Assembly: GCA_036394655.1 (NCBI GenBank)
Contig: DASWER010000428.1
Span: 1 to 46,602 of the forward strand
Reading direction: 5' to 3'
Length of the DNA: 46,602 nucleotides
Source of the DNA: Burkholderiales bacterium
GTDB taxonomy: Bacteria > Pseudomonadota > Gammaproteobacteria > Burkholderiales > SG8-39
Shown: positions 14,101-25,774 of the stretch, piece by piece
Numbering within the stretch: the stretch's first letter is position 1
How the letters are laid out: each line of letters opens with the position of its first letter
Notes under the pieces: model-generated
What the model was told of the DNA's origin: nothing
Seen by the model: only the letters and a program-made list of their open reading frames with translations
Database searches by the model: none
Position numbers and translations under genes: made by a program

Positions 14101-14680
14101 TGCGCGCGAGATTTTCGCGCGTGTCGGCCAACCGGTTTTCCGTTTCCCGTCGGCGCTCCTTGTACTTGGAGATGCCGGCGGCCTCCTCGAGGAACACGCG
14201 CAGCTCCTCGGGCTTTGCCTCGATGACGCGCGAGATCATGCCCTGCTCGATGATCGCGTAGGCACGCGGCCCGAGGCCGGTGCCGAGGAACATGTCGGTG
14301 ATGTCGCGCCGGCGGACGTGGATGCCGTTGATGTAGTAGCTCGACTCGCCGTCGCGCTGCAGGATGCGCTTCACGGAGAGCTCGGCGTACTGCGACCACT
14401 GCCCGGCGGCGCGCCCCAGCGAGTTATCGAAACTGAGCTCGACCGAGCAGCGCGCCAGCGGCGCACGGTTCACCGAGCCGTTGAAGATCACGTCCTGCAT
14501 CGAATCGCCGCGCAGCGCCGAGGCGCGCGACTCGCCGAGCACCCAGCGAAGCGCGTCGATCACGTTCGACTTGCCACAGCCGTTCGGCCCGACAACGCCG
14601 ACGAGCTGGCCGGGAACATGAATCGTTGTGGGATCTACGAAGGACTTAAAACCAGACAGCTTTATTTGAGTTAACCGCAC
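11180..14680 (-). CDS. smc: Chromosome segregation protein SMC
   Basis: 1166 aa with Walker A GPNGCGKSN, long coiled coils, a hinge, the signature LSGGEKALTAIAL and Walker B LLDEVDAPLD. GTG start. Confidence 0.95.
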   Translation of the reverse strand: MRLTQIKLSGFKSFVDPTTIHVPGQLVGVVGPNGCGKSNVIDALRWVLGESRASALRGDSMQDVIFNGSVNRAPLARCSVELSFDNSLGRAAGQWSQYAELSVKRILQRDGESSYYINGIHVRRRDITDMFLGTGLGPRAYAIIEQGMISRVIEAKPEELRVFLEEAAGISKYKERRRETENRLADTRENLARITDIRLELGAQIEKLDAQAQVATRYQELHADLQLKQHLLWYLRRRDAGAERERHSAEVARVTNELEAENAQSRSLEARLEAARAAHYQAGDAMNSAQAALYGANAEVARHESELKHAEETRARLESQHTERGTQLTAWREQRSQLTQALHMWAARAGGAKQRVTETKNRLDQENARLPQAEQAFRAAQERLTEGRSQLMQAESRLQLEQANRTHLQRAAEALAQRRERFDSELQALAEPDAAALRELEGRIGQVDASLEAARQAFEALQAECAALQESSAQAAEAVGVAQREHAAAEAQLSTLRQIQAEVQNNAPLREWLERHGLGSAAQLWQKLRIDAGWETAVEAVLRERLHALQSGIDSDFGERPPTKASLFEAAADTTSIAASGMPLAAKVHALDDSIRGALADWLSGVFVTDGRPDAQARAALPAGAVLVNREGDQFTRHTVSFHAPDPADAGLLARQAEIEALGERCAGLARRLEAAQRALEQAESERLERETALEESRLEIGRQEKARHDAQIEQLKLAQAQERFRERSAQLRAEQEELAEQAEQGRQALAACEAASASIAGEIGAAREALESRRTEHIGAESALAEQRRVVQQAEREAQDALFGERECGSKIAEIDHSVRVIDQQIERGDLEVAKLTEELAADPIPAVREALDAGVEARIACEKTLAGARNAVEAAAGALREIEEARLQIEAKLAPLRERQGELRLKEQAATLNYEQFATQLREAGADEERLKTEAEGAPRPAALQGEITRITQSIGELGAVNLAAVEELRTSRERKAYLDSQAADLDEAVHTLEDAIRRIDRETRELLRETFESVNRHFGSLFPTLFGGGEAKLLMTGEEILDAGVQVMAQPPGKRNTSIHLLSGGEKALTAIALVFSLFQLNPAPFCLLDEVDAPLDDSNTVRFCELVRRMSSQTQFLFISHNKITMELAEQLIGVTMPESGVSRVVAVDIDEALRIREELAA

Positions 14681-14725
14681 ACGAAAATGATAACATTTGC
14701 GCGCTTAATTTCTGGCGGTTTTTGA

Positions 14726-15109
14726 GTGCCATCGCGTCCCACCCAGCGGCTACAGACGTTCGCCAATCCCGCTCGGGATCGCGACTACCGCATCCACATG
14801 GAAATTCCGGAATTCACCTGCCTCTGCCCGATGACGGGCCAGCCGGATTTCGCGACATTGGTGCTCGATTACGTTCCGGACGCGCTGTGTGTCGAGCTTA
14901 GATCGCTCAAGCTTTATGTCTGGTCCTATCGCGACCAGGGCGCGTTCCACGAAGCGGTCACCAATAAAATCCTCGACGATCTCGCGCGCGCGACGCGGCC
15001 GCGGCTGATGCGGCTCGAGGCGCGCTTCAACGTGCGCGGCGGAATTTACACGACCGTGATCGCGGAGCATCGCAAGAAGGGCTGGCGCGGATCCATGCCG
15101 GCTCGATGA
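14726..15109 (+). CDS. queF: NADPH-dependent 7-cyano-7-deazaguanine reductase (unimodular QueF)
   Basis: 127 aa with the catalytic [12 protein letters not shown] and the QueF motif [15 protein letters not shown] start. Confidence 0.9.
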   Translation: MPSRPTQRLQTFANPARDRDYRIHMEIPEFTCLCPMTGQPDFATLVLDYVPDALCVELRSLKLYVWSYRDQGAFHEAVTNKILDDLARATRPRLMRLEARFNVRGGIYTTVIAEHRKKGWRGSMPAR

Positions 15110-16238
15110 ACCCTCTCCTCGGCAAGCTCCAGCCTTATCCGTTCGAGAAACTCCGGGCCCTGATCGCGGGCCACTCGCCGCCGGAGCGTCTGCGGGCGAT
15201 CCATCTGCAGATCGGCGAGCCCAAGCACCCCACGCCGGCGCTCGTCAAGGACGCTCTGGCAGCCAACCTTGACGGGCTCGCGTCCTATCCGCTCACTGCG
15301 GGAACCCCGGAACTGCGGCAGGCGATCGCCGCCTGGCTGGAACGGCGCTATGGCCTACCGCGGCCGGACCCGGAAAAGCAGGTGCTGCCGGTCAATGGCA
15401 CGCGCGAGGCGCTGTTCGCTTTCGCGCAGACGGTGCTCGACCCGACGCGCGACGCCAGGGTGGTGTGCCCGAATCCCTTCTACCAAATCTATGAAGGCGC
15501 AGCCCTGCTCGCCGGGGCGACGCCGGTCTATGGGGCGCCGCAGAGCTGGGCGGGCGTGCAGCTCGTCTATGCCTGCTCGCCTGCTAATCCGAGCGGCCGG
15601 GTGATGCGGCTCGACGAATGGCGCGAGCTCTTCAGCCTGGCCGACCGGCACGGCTTCGCCATTGCCTCGGACGAGTGCTATTCGGAGATCTACTTTGACC
15701 AGGCGCCGCTCGGCGCCCTCGAGGCGGCCCATCGGCTGGGGCGCGGCTACGACCGGCTGGTGGTGTTCTCGAGCCTGTCCAAGCGCTCCAACGCCCCCGG
15801 CATGCGCTCGGGCTTCGTCGCGGGCGACGCCGCGCTCATCAAGCAGTTCCTGCTCTATCGCACCTATCACGGCTCGGCGATGAGCCTCGCCGTCCAGGCG
15901 GCATCGGTCGCGGCGTGGAACGACGAAGCGCACGTGCGCGAGAATCGCCGCCTTTATGCCGAGAAGTTCCGCACCGTGCTGCCCATGGTTCGGGCGCCCC
16001 TGCGCACCGAGATGCCCGAGGGCGGCTTCTACCTCTGGGTGCGAACGCCGATCGACGACGCCGAGTTCGCGCGCCGGCTGCACGCTCAATACAATGTGCT
16101 GGTGCTTCCCGGCAGCTTCCTTGCCCGCAGCGTGCGCGGCGTCAATCCGGGTGCGAACCATGTCCGCCTGGCCCTGGTCGCGCCGCTGGACGAATGCGTC
16201 GAGGCGACCCGGCGCATCATGGAATTCGCCGCCTCGCT

Positions 16239-16242
<4 letters not shown>
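15106..16242 (+). CDS. dapC: Succinyldiaminopimelate transaminase
   Basis: 378-aa class I aminotransferase with the PLP-lysine motif [16 protein letters not shown]. Lies immediately upstream of dapD, with an ATGA overlap with queF. Confidence 0.85.
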
Positions 16243-17051
<809 letters not shown>

Positions 17052-17086
17052 ACTAGCCGGAAATCGCTCCTCAGGGGGGACGCACC

Positions 17087-20311
<3,225 letters not shown>

Positions 20312-21118
20312 GCTCGCGCTCGCGTCGTGCCAGCCACCGGCGCACGGCAATTTCCCCTTCCGGCGCCAGCTGATCGAGCAGCACGCGAGCGACGGCGACA
20401 TCGTTCAGCTGGCCGAGCGTGTCCTGCAGCGCCGCGAGTCGTGAAAGAAATGGCGCGACCGCGCGCGGCGCAAAGCAGCCGGCAAAGAAGTCGCAGCCAT
20501 AACGCAGGCGTTTCATGGCGATGCGCACGGCATGGCGACGCTCTATGTCCTGCCAGTCGATGCGCCGCGCCCGCTTCAGCAGCTTGGCGTGGGTGCGCTC
20601 CAATGAGCGGCGCGCGAAGCTGACGAGCGGCTCGCTGCGTGCTTCCTCGGAGCGCCACGGCTCGGACTCCAGCCAGCGCAATGTCCTCGCGTGCACGGCG
20701 TGAAAGACGCGCGAGGCCACCAGCTCGCGCGCGAGCGACTGCGACGCCGCTCGCTTGCGACGCGCCTGTGAGGTGAGCGTTGCCGAGGCCCTGGTGCGCT
20801 TCAGGGTCTCGAGGAATACATCCCAATCGCGGGCATCGCCGAGGCGGCGCATCGTCTTGCGCAACGGGCGAGCCACCGCGTCGACGGGCTTGCGCCGCAG
20901 GAGCGGGCGAAAGGCGCGCAGCACGGAGAGCAGTCGGCGTACGCCGACACGCAGTTGGTGCAGATATTCCGGATCGTCGCCGCGCGCCGCTCCGGGCACG
21001 TTGGCTGAAATCTGCGCCAACGCCGCGCCACACAATGCCGCGAGCGCATCGCCGGCTACGGCGTCGGGCGCAATGGGCGGCCGCTGCCACTTTGAGGGTG
21101 GAGCGTGCGCGCGGGAAG

Positions 21119-21194
21119 TGGGGTGGCCGATGGGACTCGAACCCACAACAACAGGGATCACAACCCTGGACTCTACCTTTGAGCTACGGCCACC
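21119..21194 (-). tRNA. tRNA-His (GTG)
   Basis: Hand-folded cloverleaf: encoded G-1, acceptor GTGGCCG/CGGCCAC, anticodon loop TTGTGAT, T-loop TTCGAGT, discriminator C, encoded CCA. Confidence 0.92.
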
Positions 21195-21211
21195 ATTGCG
21201 ATCGTGCTATT

Positions 21212-21288
21212 TGGCCTGCCCGACAAGACTCGAACTTGTAACCCCCAGCTTAGAAGGCTGGTGCTCTATCCGGTTGAGCTACGGGCAG
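21212..21288 (-). tRNA. tRNA-Arg (TCT)
   Basis: Hand-folded: acceptor CTGCCCG/CGGGCAG, D-arm GCTC-AACCGGATA-GAGC, anticodon stem CCAGC/GCTGG with loop CTTCTAA, T-arm ACAAG-TTCGAGT-CTTGT, encoded CCA. Confidence 0.9.
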
Positions 21289-21331
21289 TCCGCGAGCAAG
21301 CTGCCAAAAACGGCAAAAAATGCAAAAACTC

Positions 21332-21408
<77 letters not shown>

Positions 21409-21422
21409 AAAATTGGCGGCAA

Positions 21423-21451
21423 ATGATACTCTTAGCGCATCTTCCGAGCAA
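21423..21451 (-). promoter_or_regulatory. Candidate sigma70 promoter of the tRNA Pro-Arg-His operon
   Basis: Minus strand reads TTGCTC, a 17-nt spacer, then TATCAT, followed by the GC-rich discriminator-like TTGCCGCC about 15 nt before the tRNA-Pro 5' end. Confidence 0.35.
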
Positions 21452-21461
21452 CGCGATTAGC

Positions 21462-21490
21462 TTGCGACAGGGGGGGTTTTCTGCTACAAA
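21462..21490 (+). promoter_or_regulatory. Candidate sigma70 promoter of dksA
   Basis: TTGCGA, a 17-nt spacer, then TACAAA, about 25-30 nt upstream of the dksA start. Confidence 0.25.
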
Positions 21491-21512
21491 AGCGCCTCAC
21501 TTTTTTTAGGCT

Positions 21513-21947
21513 GTGCTGGAAATGGCAGTAGATTTGACGAGGAAGAGCTTCACGCCCTACGCCGCGAAGAAGGGCGAGGAGTACATGAACGCCCAGCAGC
21601 GCAAGCATTTCCGCAAGATCCTCGAGGCGCTGAAGGCCGAGCTCTCGCAGGAGATCGACCGCACGGTGCACACCATGCAGGACGAGGCCACGGTGTTCGC
21701 CGACCCGAACGATCGCGCCAGCCAGGAATCCGACATGGCGCTCGAGCTGCGCAACCGCGATCGCGAGAGAAAGCTGATCAAGAAAATAGACGAGACCATC
21801 GCGCGCATCGACGCCAACGAGTACGGCTACTGCGACAGCTGCGGCGTGGAGATCGGGCTCAAGCGCCTGGAAGCGCGCCCGACGGCGACGCTGTGCATCG
21901 ACTGCAAGACGCTCGACGAGCTGCGCGAGCGGCAGGTCGCCAAGTAA
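21513..21947 (+). CDS. dksA: RNA polymerase-binding transcription factor DksA
   Basis: 144 aa with EEYMN..Q...F..IL, the coiled-coil tip ADPNDRASQESD and the Zn finger CDSCGVEIGLKRLEARPTATLCIDC. GTG 21513 or in-frame ATG 21522 could be the start. Confidence 0.93.
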   Translation: MLEMAVDLTRKSFTPYAAKKGEEYMNAQQRKHFRKILEALKAELSQEIDRTVHTMQDEATVFADPNDRASQESDMALELRNRDRERKLIKKIDETIARIDANEYGYCDSCGVEIGLKRLEARPTATLCIDCKTLDELRERQVAK

Positions 21948-21982
21948 CAAAAAAATCGGGGCCTGCGGCCCCGATCTTGTTT
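21948..21982. terminator. Bidirectional rho-independent terminator between convergent dksA and pnp
   Basis: 9-bp stem ATCGGGGCC/GGCCCCGAT (21955..21975) with loop TGC. An A-run lies on one side and T-rich CTTGTTT on the other. Confidence 0.8.
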
Positions 21983-21996
21983 CCCAAAGATTCTTC

Positions 21997-24105
21997 CTAG
22001 CCGGTGGTCTTGGCCGTTTCCTGAGGGTTGACCGCCTTCATGGAAAGGCGCACGCGCCCCTTGTCGTCGGCTTCCAGCACCTTGACCTTCACCACCTGGC
22101 CTTCCTTCAGGTGATCGGACACGGCGTTGACGCGCTCCTGGCTGATCTGCGAGATGTGCAGCAGGCCGTCGCGCCCCGGGATGAGCTGGACGATGGCGCC
22201 GAAATCCAGCAGGCGCAGCACCGTGCCTTCGTAGACCTTGCCGACCTCGACGTCCGCGGTCAGCTCCTGGATGCGCTTCTTCGCCGCCTCGCCGCCCTCG
22301 GCCGCGACGCAAGCGATCGAGATGGTGCCGTCGTCTTCGATCTCGATCGTGGTGCCGGTCTCTTCCTGGATGCCGCGGATCACCACGCCGCCCTTGCCGA
22401 TGACGTCGCGGATCTTGTCCGGATTGATCTTCATCTTGATGATGCGCGGCGCGAAGCTCGACAGCTCCGAACGCGAGCCTTCGATGCCGCCTTTCATGAT
22501 CTGCAGGATGCCCAGGCGCGCTTCGCGAGCCTGGTCGAGCGCGATCTTCATGATGCCCTTGTTGATCGACTCGATCTTGAGGTCCATCTGCAGCGCCGTG
22601 ATGCCCTGCTCGGTGCCCGCGACCTTGAAGTCCATGTCGCCGAGATGATCCTCGTCGCCGAGGATGTCGGAGAGCACCGCGAAGCGGTTGCCTTCCTTGA
22701 TCAGGCCCATCGCGATGCCGGCGACGTGCGCCTTGATCGGCACGCCGGCGTCCATCAGCGCAAGGCTGCCGCCGCACACCGAGGCCATCGACGAGGAGCC
22801 ATTCGATTCGGTGATCTCCGAGACGACCCGCAGCGAGTAGCCGAAGTTTTCCGGCGTCGGCAGAAGCCCGACCAGCGCGCGCTTGGCGAGGCGGCCATGA
22901 CCGACCTCGCGGCGCTTGGTGAAGCCGAAGCGGCCGGTCTCGCCGGTGGCGTAGGGCGGCATGTTGTAATGGAACATGAAGCGCTCGCGATACTCGCCCG
23001 CCAGCGCGTCGATGATCTGCTCGTCACGTCCGGTGCCGAGCGTCACAGTGACCAGCGCCTGGGTTTCTCCCCTGGTAAACAAGGCAGAACCATGCGTGCG
23101 CGGCAGCACGCCGACGCGCACCGTGATCGGCCTTACCGTGCGCGTGTCCCTGCCGTCGATGCGCGGCTCGCCATCGAGAATCTGGCTGCGCACGATGGAG
23201 GACTCGAGCGCGAAGGCCGCCTCCTTGACCACATTGGCCGACGGCCCGCCCTCCTTGCCGACGCCAAGCGTCTCGAAAATGCGCTTCCAGATGGCGTCGA
23301 TCGCCTCGGAGCGCGCCTTCTTCTGCTTGATGCGGAAGGCCTCGCGCAGATCCGATTCAGCGAGCTCCTTCACGCGCGCGACCAGCGTCTCGTCCTTGAC
23401 CGGCGCCTGCCAGTCCCAGGCCGGCTTGCCCGCCACTTCGGCGAGCTCGTGGATCGCCTGGATCGCGGCCTGCATCTGCTCGTGGCCGAAGGTAATGCCG
23501 TCGAGCATGATGTCCTCGGGCAGCTCCAGCGCCTCGGATTCGACCATCAGCACGCCCTGCTCGGTGCCCGCGACGACCAGGTTGAGCTTCGATTCCTTGA
23601 GCTGCGTCATGGTCGGGTTGAGCACGTACTCGCCGTTGACGTAGCCGACACGGCAAGCGCCGATCGGGCCGTTGAACGGAAGGCCGGAGAGGGTGATTGC
23701 CGCGGACACCGCCAGCATCGCCGGAATGTCGGAGTCGACCTCGGGGTTGAGCGACAGCACCTGGGCGACGACCTGCACCTCGTTCAGGAAACCGTCCGGA
23801 AAGAGGGGCCGGATCGGCCGGTCGATGAGCCTCGAGGTCAGCGTCTCCTTCTCGGAAGGGCGTCCCTCGCGCTTGAAGAAGCCGCCCGGGATCTTGCCCG
23901 CGGCGTAGGTCCTCTCGGCGTAGTCGACGGTGAGCGGGAACCAGTCCTGCCCGGCTTTCGGCGTCTTCGAGCCGACCACGGTGGCGAGCACCACAGTGTC
24001 ATCCATGGTGCAGATAACGGCGCCGTGCGCCTGCCGGGCGATCTCGCCGGTTTCGAACGTCACCTGGTGGTTGCCGAGTGTGAAAGTCTTCTTGATGGGG
24101 TTCAA
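21997..24105 (-). CDS. pnp: Polyribonucleotide nucleotidyltransferase (PNPase)
   Basis: Two RNase PH domains plus KH and S1 domains. I moved the start to TTG 24105 (AGAGGA 6 nt upstream), which gives (M)[25 protein letters not shown]. The ORF track starts 10 codons earlier at TTG 24135. Confidence 0.93.
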   Translation of the reverse strand: MNPIKKTFTLGNHQVTFETGEIARQAHGAVICTMDDTVVLATVVGSKTPKAGQDWFPLTVDYAERTYAAGKIPGGFFKREGRPSEKETLTSRLIDRPIRPLFPDGFLNEVQVVAQVLSLNPEVDSDIPAMLAVSAAITLSGLPFNGPIGACRVGYVNGEYVLNPTMTQLKESKLNLVVAGTEQGVLMVESEALELPEDIMLDGITFGHEQMQAAIQAIHELAEVAGKPAWDWQAPVKDETLVARVKELAESDLREAFRIKQKKARSEAIDAIWKRIFETLGVGKEGGPSANVVKEAAFALESSIVRSQILDGEPRIDGRDTRTVRPITVRVGVLPRTHGSALFTRGETQALVTVTLGTGRDEQIIDALAGEYRERFMFHYNMPPYATGETGRFGFTKRREVGHGRLAKRALVGLLPTPENFGYSLRVVSEITESNGSSSMASVCGGSLALMDAGVPIKAHVAGIAMGLIKEGNRFAVLSDILGDEDHLGDMDFKVAGTEQGITALQMDLKIESINKGIMKIALDQAREARLGILQIMKGGIEGSRSELSSFAPRIIKMKINPDKIRDVIGKGGVVIRGIQEETGTTIEIEDDGTISIACVAAEGGEAAKKRIQELTADVEVGKVYEGTVLRLLDFGAIVQLIPGRDGLLHISQISQERVNAVSDHLKEGQVVKVKVLEADDKGRVRLSMKAVNPQETAKTTG

Positions 24106-24124
24106 AGGCTGTCCTCTGTCTGTA

Positions 24125-24176
24125 GCCGCAAACAAAAAACGCTCACCACACGGTGAGCGTCGATTTTTACTGCGGC
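24125..24176 (-). terminator. rpsO terminator nested in a longer rpsO-pnp leader hairpin
   Basis: Inner stem CGCTCACC/GGTGAGCG (24140..24159) is followed on the minus strand by TTTTTTGTTT. Outer 6-bp helix GCCGCA/TGCGGC (24125..24130 with 24171..24176) encloses it. Confidence 0.65.
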
Positions 24177-24186
24177 ATCGGGGAAA

Positions 24187-24456
24187 TTACTTGCGTAGAC
24201 CCAGCTTCTCGATCAGGCCGCGGTACTTGTCCGCGTCCTTGCGCTTCAGATAATCGAGCAGCTTGCGACGTTGGCTCACCATGACGAGGAGCCCGCGGCG
24301 CGAATGGAAATCCTTGACGTGCATCTTGAAGTGCTCGGTGAGCCCGTTGATGCGCTCGGTCAGGAGCGCAACCTGCACTTCGGGCGAGCCGGTATCCTTG
24401 CCGGAGCGCTGGTACTGCTTCACCACCTGCGCTTTCTGCGGGACCTGCAAAGCCAT
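24187..24456 (-). CDS. rpsO: 30S ribosomal protein S15
   Basis: 89 aa reading [44 protein letters not shown]..., canonical S15. Confidence 0.96.
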   Translation of the reverse strand: MALQVPQKAQVVKQYQRSGKDTGSPEVQVALLTERINGLTEHFKMHVKDFHSRRGLLVMVSQRRKLLDYLKRKDADKYRGLIEKLGLRK

Positions 24457-24524
24457 TCGACAGTCTCTCTTTCGTTAGCTGGTAGATTTTTGAGCCGGCG
24501 ATTTTAACCGATGCGCGCGCCGGC

Positions 24525-25415
24525 TCACAAGGTTTTTCGATGTTTTTCAGCCGCTTGGGTGAGTCTCAGTGCTTTCAATACACCCTCGGCCTGTGCCGAG
24601 CCCAAGCCGATGACGGCGCCGTCGGCGCCATAGAGCGCGCACAGCCCTTCTTCCAGCCCGCTGATTTTCAATGGCTGCCCGTTCCTGAGGCGCGCTTCGG
24701 ACGCCGCGTCCAGGCGGGTGCTTTGCAGTCCCTCCAGCAGCGCCGCGAGCGGCAGCAAAGCGAGCCGCGGATTCGGCATCGCGCGCAGCGCTTCCAAAGC
24801 GGTCGCATCTTTGACCTTGAAGCGGCCAGAGCCAGTGCGCCGCAAGGCCGCGAGGTGTGCACCTGTACCGAGCGCGGTACCGATGTCCTCCGCGAGCGTG
24901 CGGATGTAGGTGCCCTTGCTGCAGCGAACGCGCAGCTCGAGCACCGGCGAGTCGAAGCCCAGCAATTCCAGCTCGTGGATCTGCACCGGGCGCGCCTGCC
25001 GCTCGACGCTGCGCCCGGCGCGCGCCAGCTTGTAGAGCGGCACGCCTTCGCGTTTCAGCGCCGAATGCATCGGCGGGACTTGCTCGATCGCGCCACGGAA
25101 GCGGCCCAGCGCCTGCCCGAGCTCGATCTGCGTGACCCGCACCGGCCGCTCCACCAGCACCTCGCCCTCGGCATCGGCGGTGCTGGTGGTGACGCCGAGC
25201 TTTACGCTCGCCAGGTATTCCTTGTCGGCCTCGAGCATCGGCCCGGCAAATTTCGTCGCTTCGCCGAACAGCACGACGAGTAGCCCCGAGGCCAGGGGAT
25301 CGAGCGTGCCGGCGTGGCCGGCCTTCTTTGCGCCGAGGATCCTCTTCGCTTCCTGCAAAGCGCGGTTGGACGTCAGCCCGAGCGGCTTGTCGAGCAGCAG
25401 CGCGCCGTCGATCAT
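24525..25415 (-). CDS. truB: tRNA pseudouridine(55) synthase
   Basis: 296 aa with the catalytic motif GHAGTLDPLASGLL. ATGA overlap with the rbfA stop. Confidence 0.93.
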   Translation of the reverse strand: MIDGALLLDKPLGLTSNRALQEAKRILGAKKAGHAGTLDPLASGLLVVLFGEATKFAGPMLEADKEYLASVKLGVTTSTADAEGEVLVERPVRVTQIELGQALGRFRGAIEQVPPMHSALKREGVPLYKLARAGRSVERQARPVQIHELELLGFDSPVLELRVRCSKGTYIRTLAEDIGTALGTGAHLAALRRTGSGRFKVKDATALEALRAMPNPRLALLPLAALLEGLQSTRLDAASEARLRNGQPLKISGLEEGLCALYGADGAVIGLGSAQAEGVLKALRLTQAAEKHRKTL

Positions 25416-25765
25416 CGGCGGGGCTTTAGCGCGGCATCGATCAGGCGCGACAGGCGATCGCCGCGCTCGACCGACTCGTCGTACTCGAAGCGCAGCTCCG
25501 GCGTGGTGTACAGCTTGATGCGCTTGGCGAGCTGCGAGCGCAGGAAGCCGGCGGCGCGCTTGAGCCCCTTGGCCGCCTCGTCGACGTGCGCCGGATCGAG
25601 CGTGGTGTAGAACACCTTGGCGTGCGACAAGTCGGGCGACACGTCGACGCCGGTCAGCGTGATCATGCCGACGCGCGGATCACGCAGCTCGTGCTGCACG
25701 AGATCCGACAGCTCCCGCTGGATCAGGTCGCCGAGCTTCTGCGGGCGACCGCTGGAGCGCTTCAC
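25412..25765 (-). CDS. rbfA: Ribosome-binding factor A
   Basis: 117 aa with a KH-like core (DPRVGMITLTGVDVSPDLSHAKVFY). Located between infB and truB. GTG start. Confidence 0.9.
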   Translation of the reverse strand: MKRSSGRPQKLGDLIQRELSDLVQHELRDPRVGMITLTGVDVSPDLSHAKVFYTTLDPAHVDEAAKGLKRAAGFLRSQLAKRIKLYTTPELRFEYDESVERGDRLSRLIDAALKPRR

Positions 25766-25774
25766 GAAATCACC

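Noticed and set aside
14681-14725. Possible preQ1 riboswitch upstream of queF
   Set aside because: Only 45 nt separate the divergent smc and queF starts. I could not find the preQ1-I hairpin with an A-rich tail, and the space must also hold two promoters.
21036-21161. ORF-track N-terminus of the CHAD protein (MIPVVVGSSPIGHPT...)
   Set aside because: These codons are the reverse reading of tRNA-His (21119..21194), so they cannot be part of the protein.
22111-24156. 681-aa plus-strand ORF antisense to pnp
   Set aside because: Antisense shadow of a well-supported PNPase gene with a low-complexity R/D/A/L composition. The same reasoning applies to 25586..27580 (antisense to infB), 28351..30192 (antisense to nusA/rimP) and 17048..18571 (antisense to pilU).
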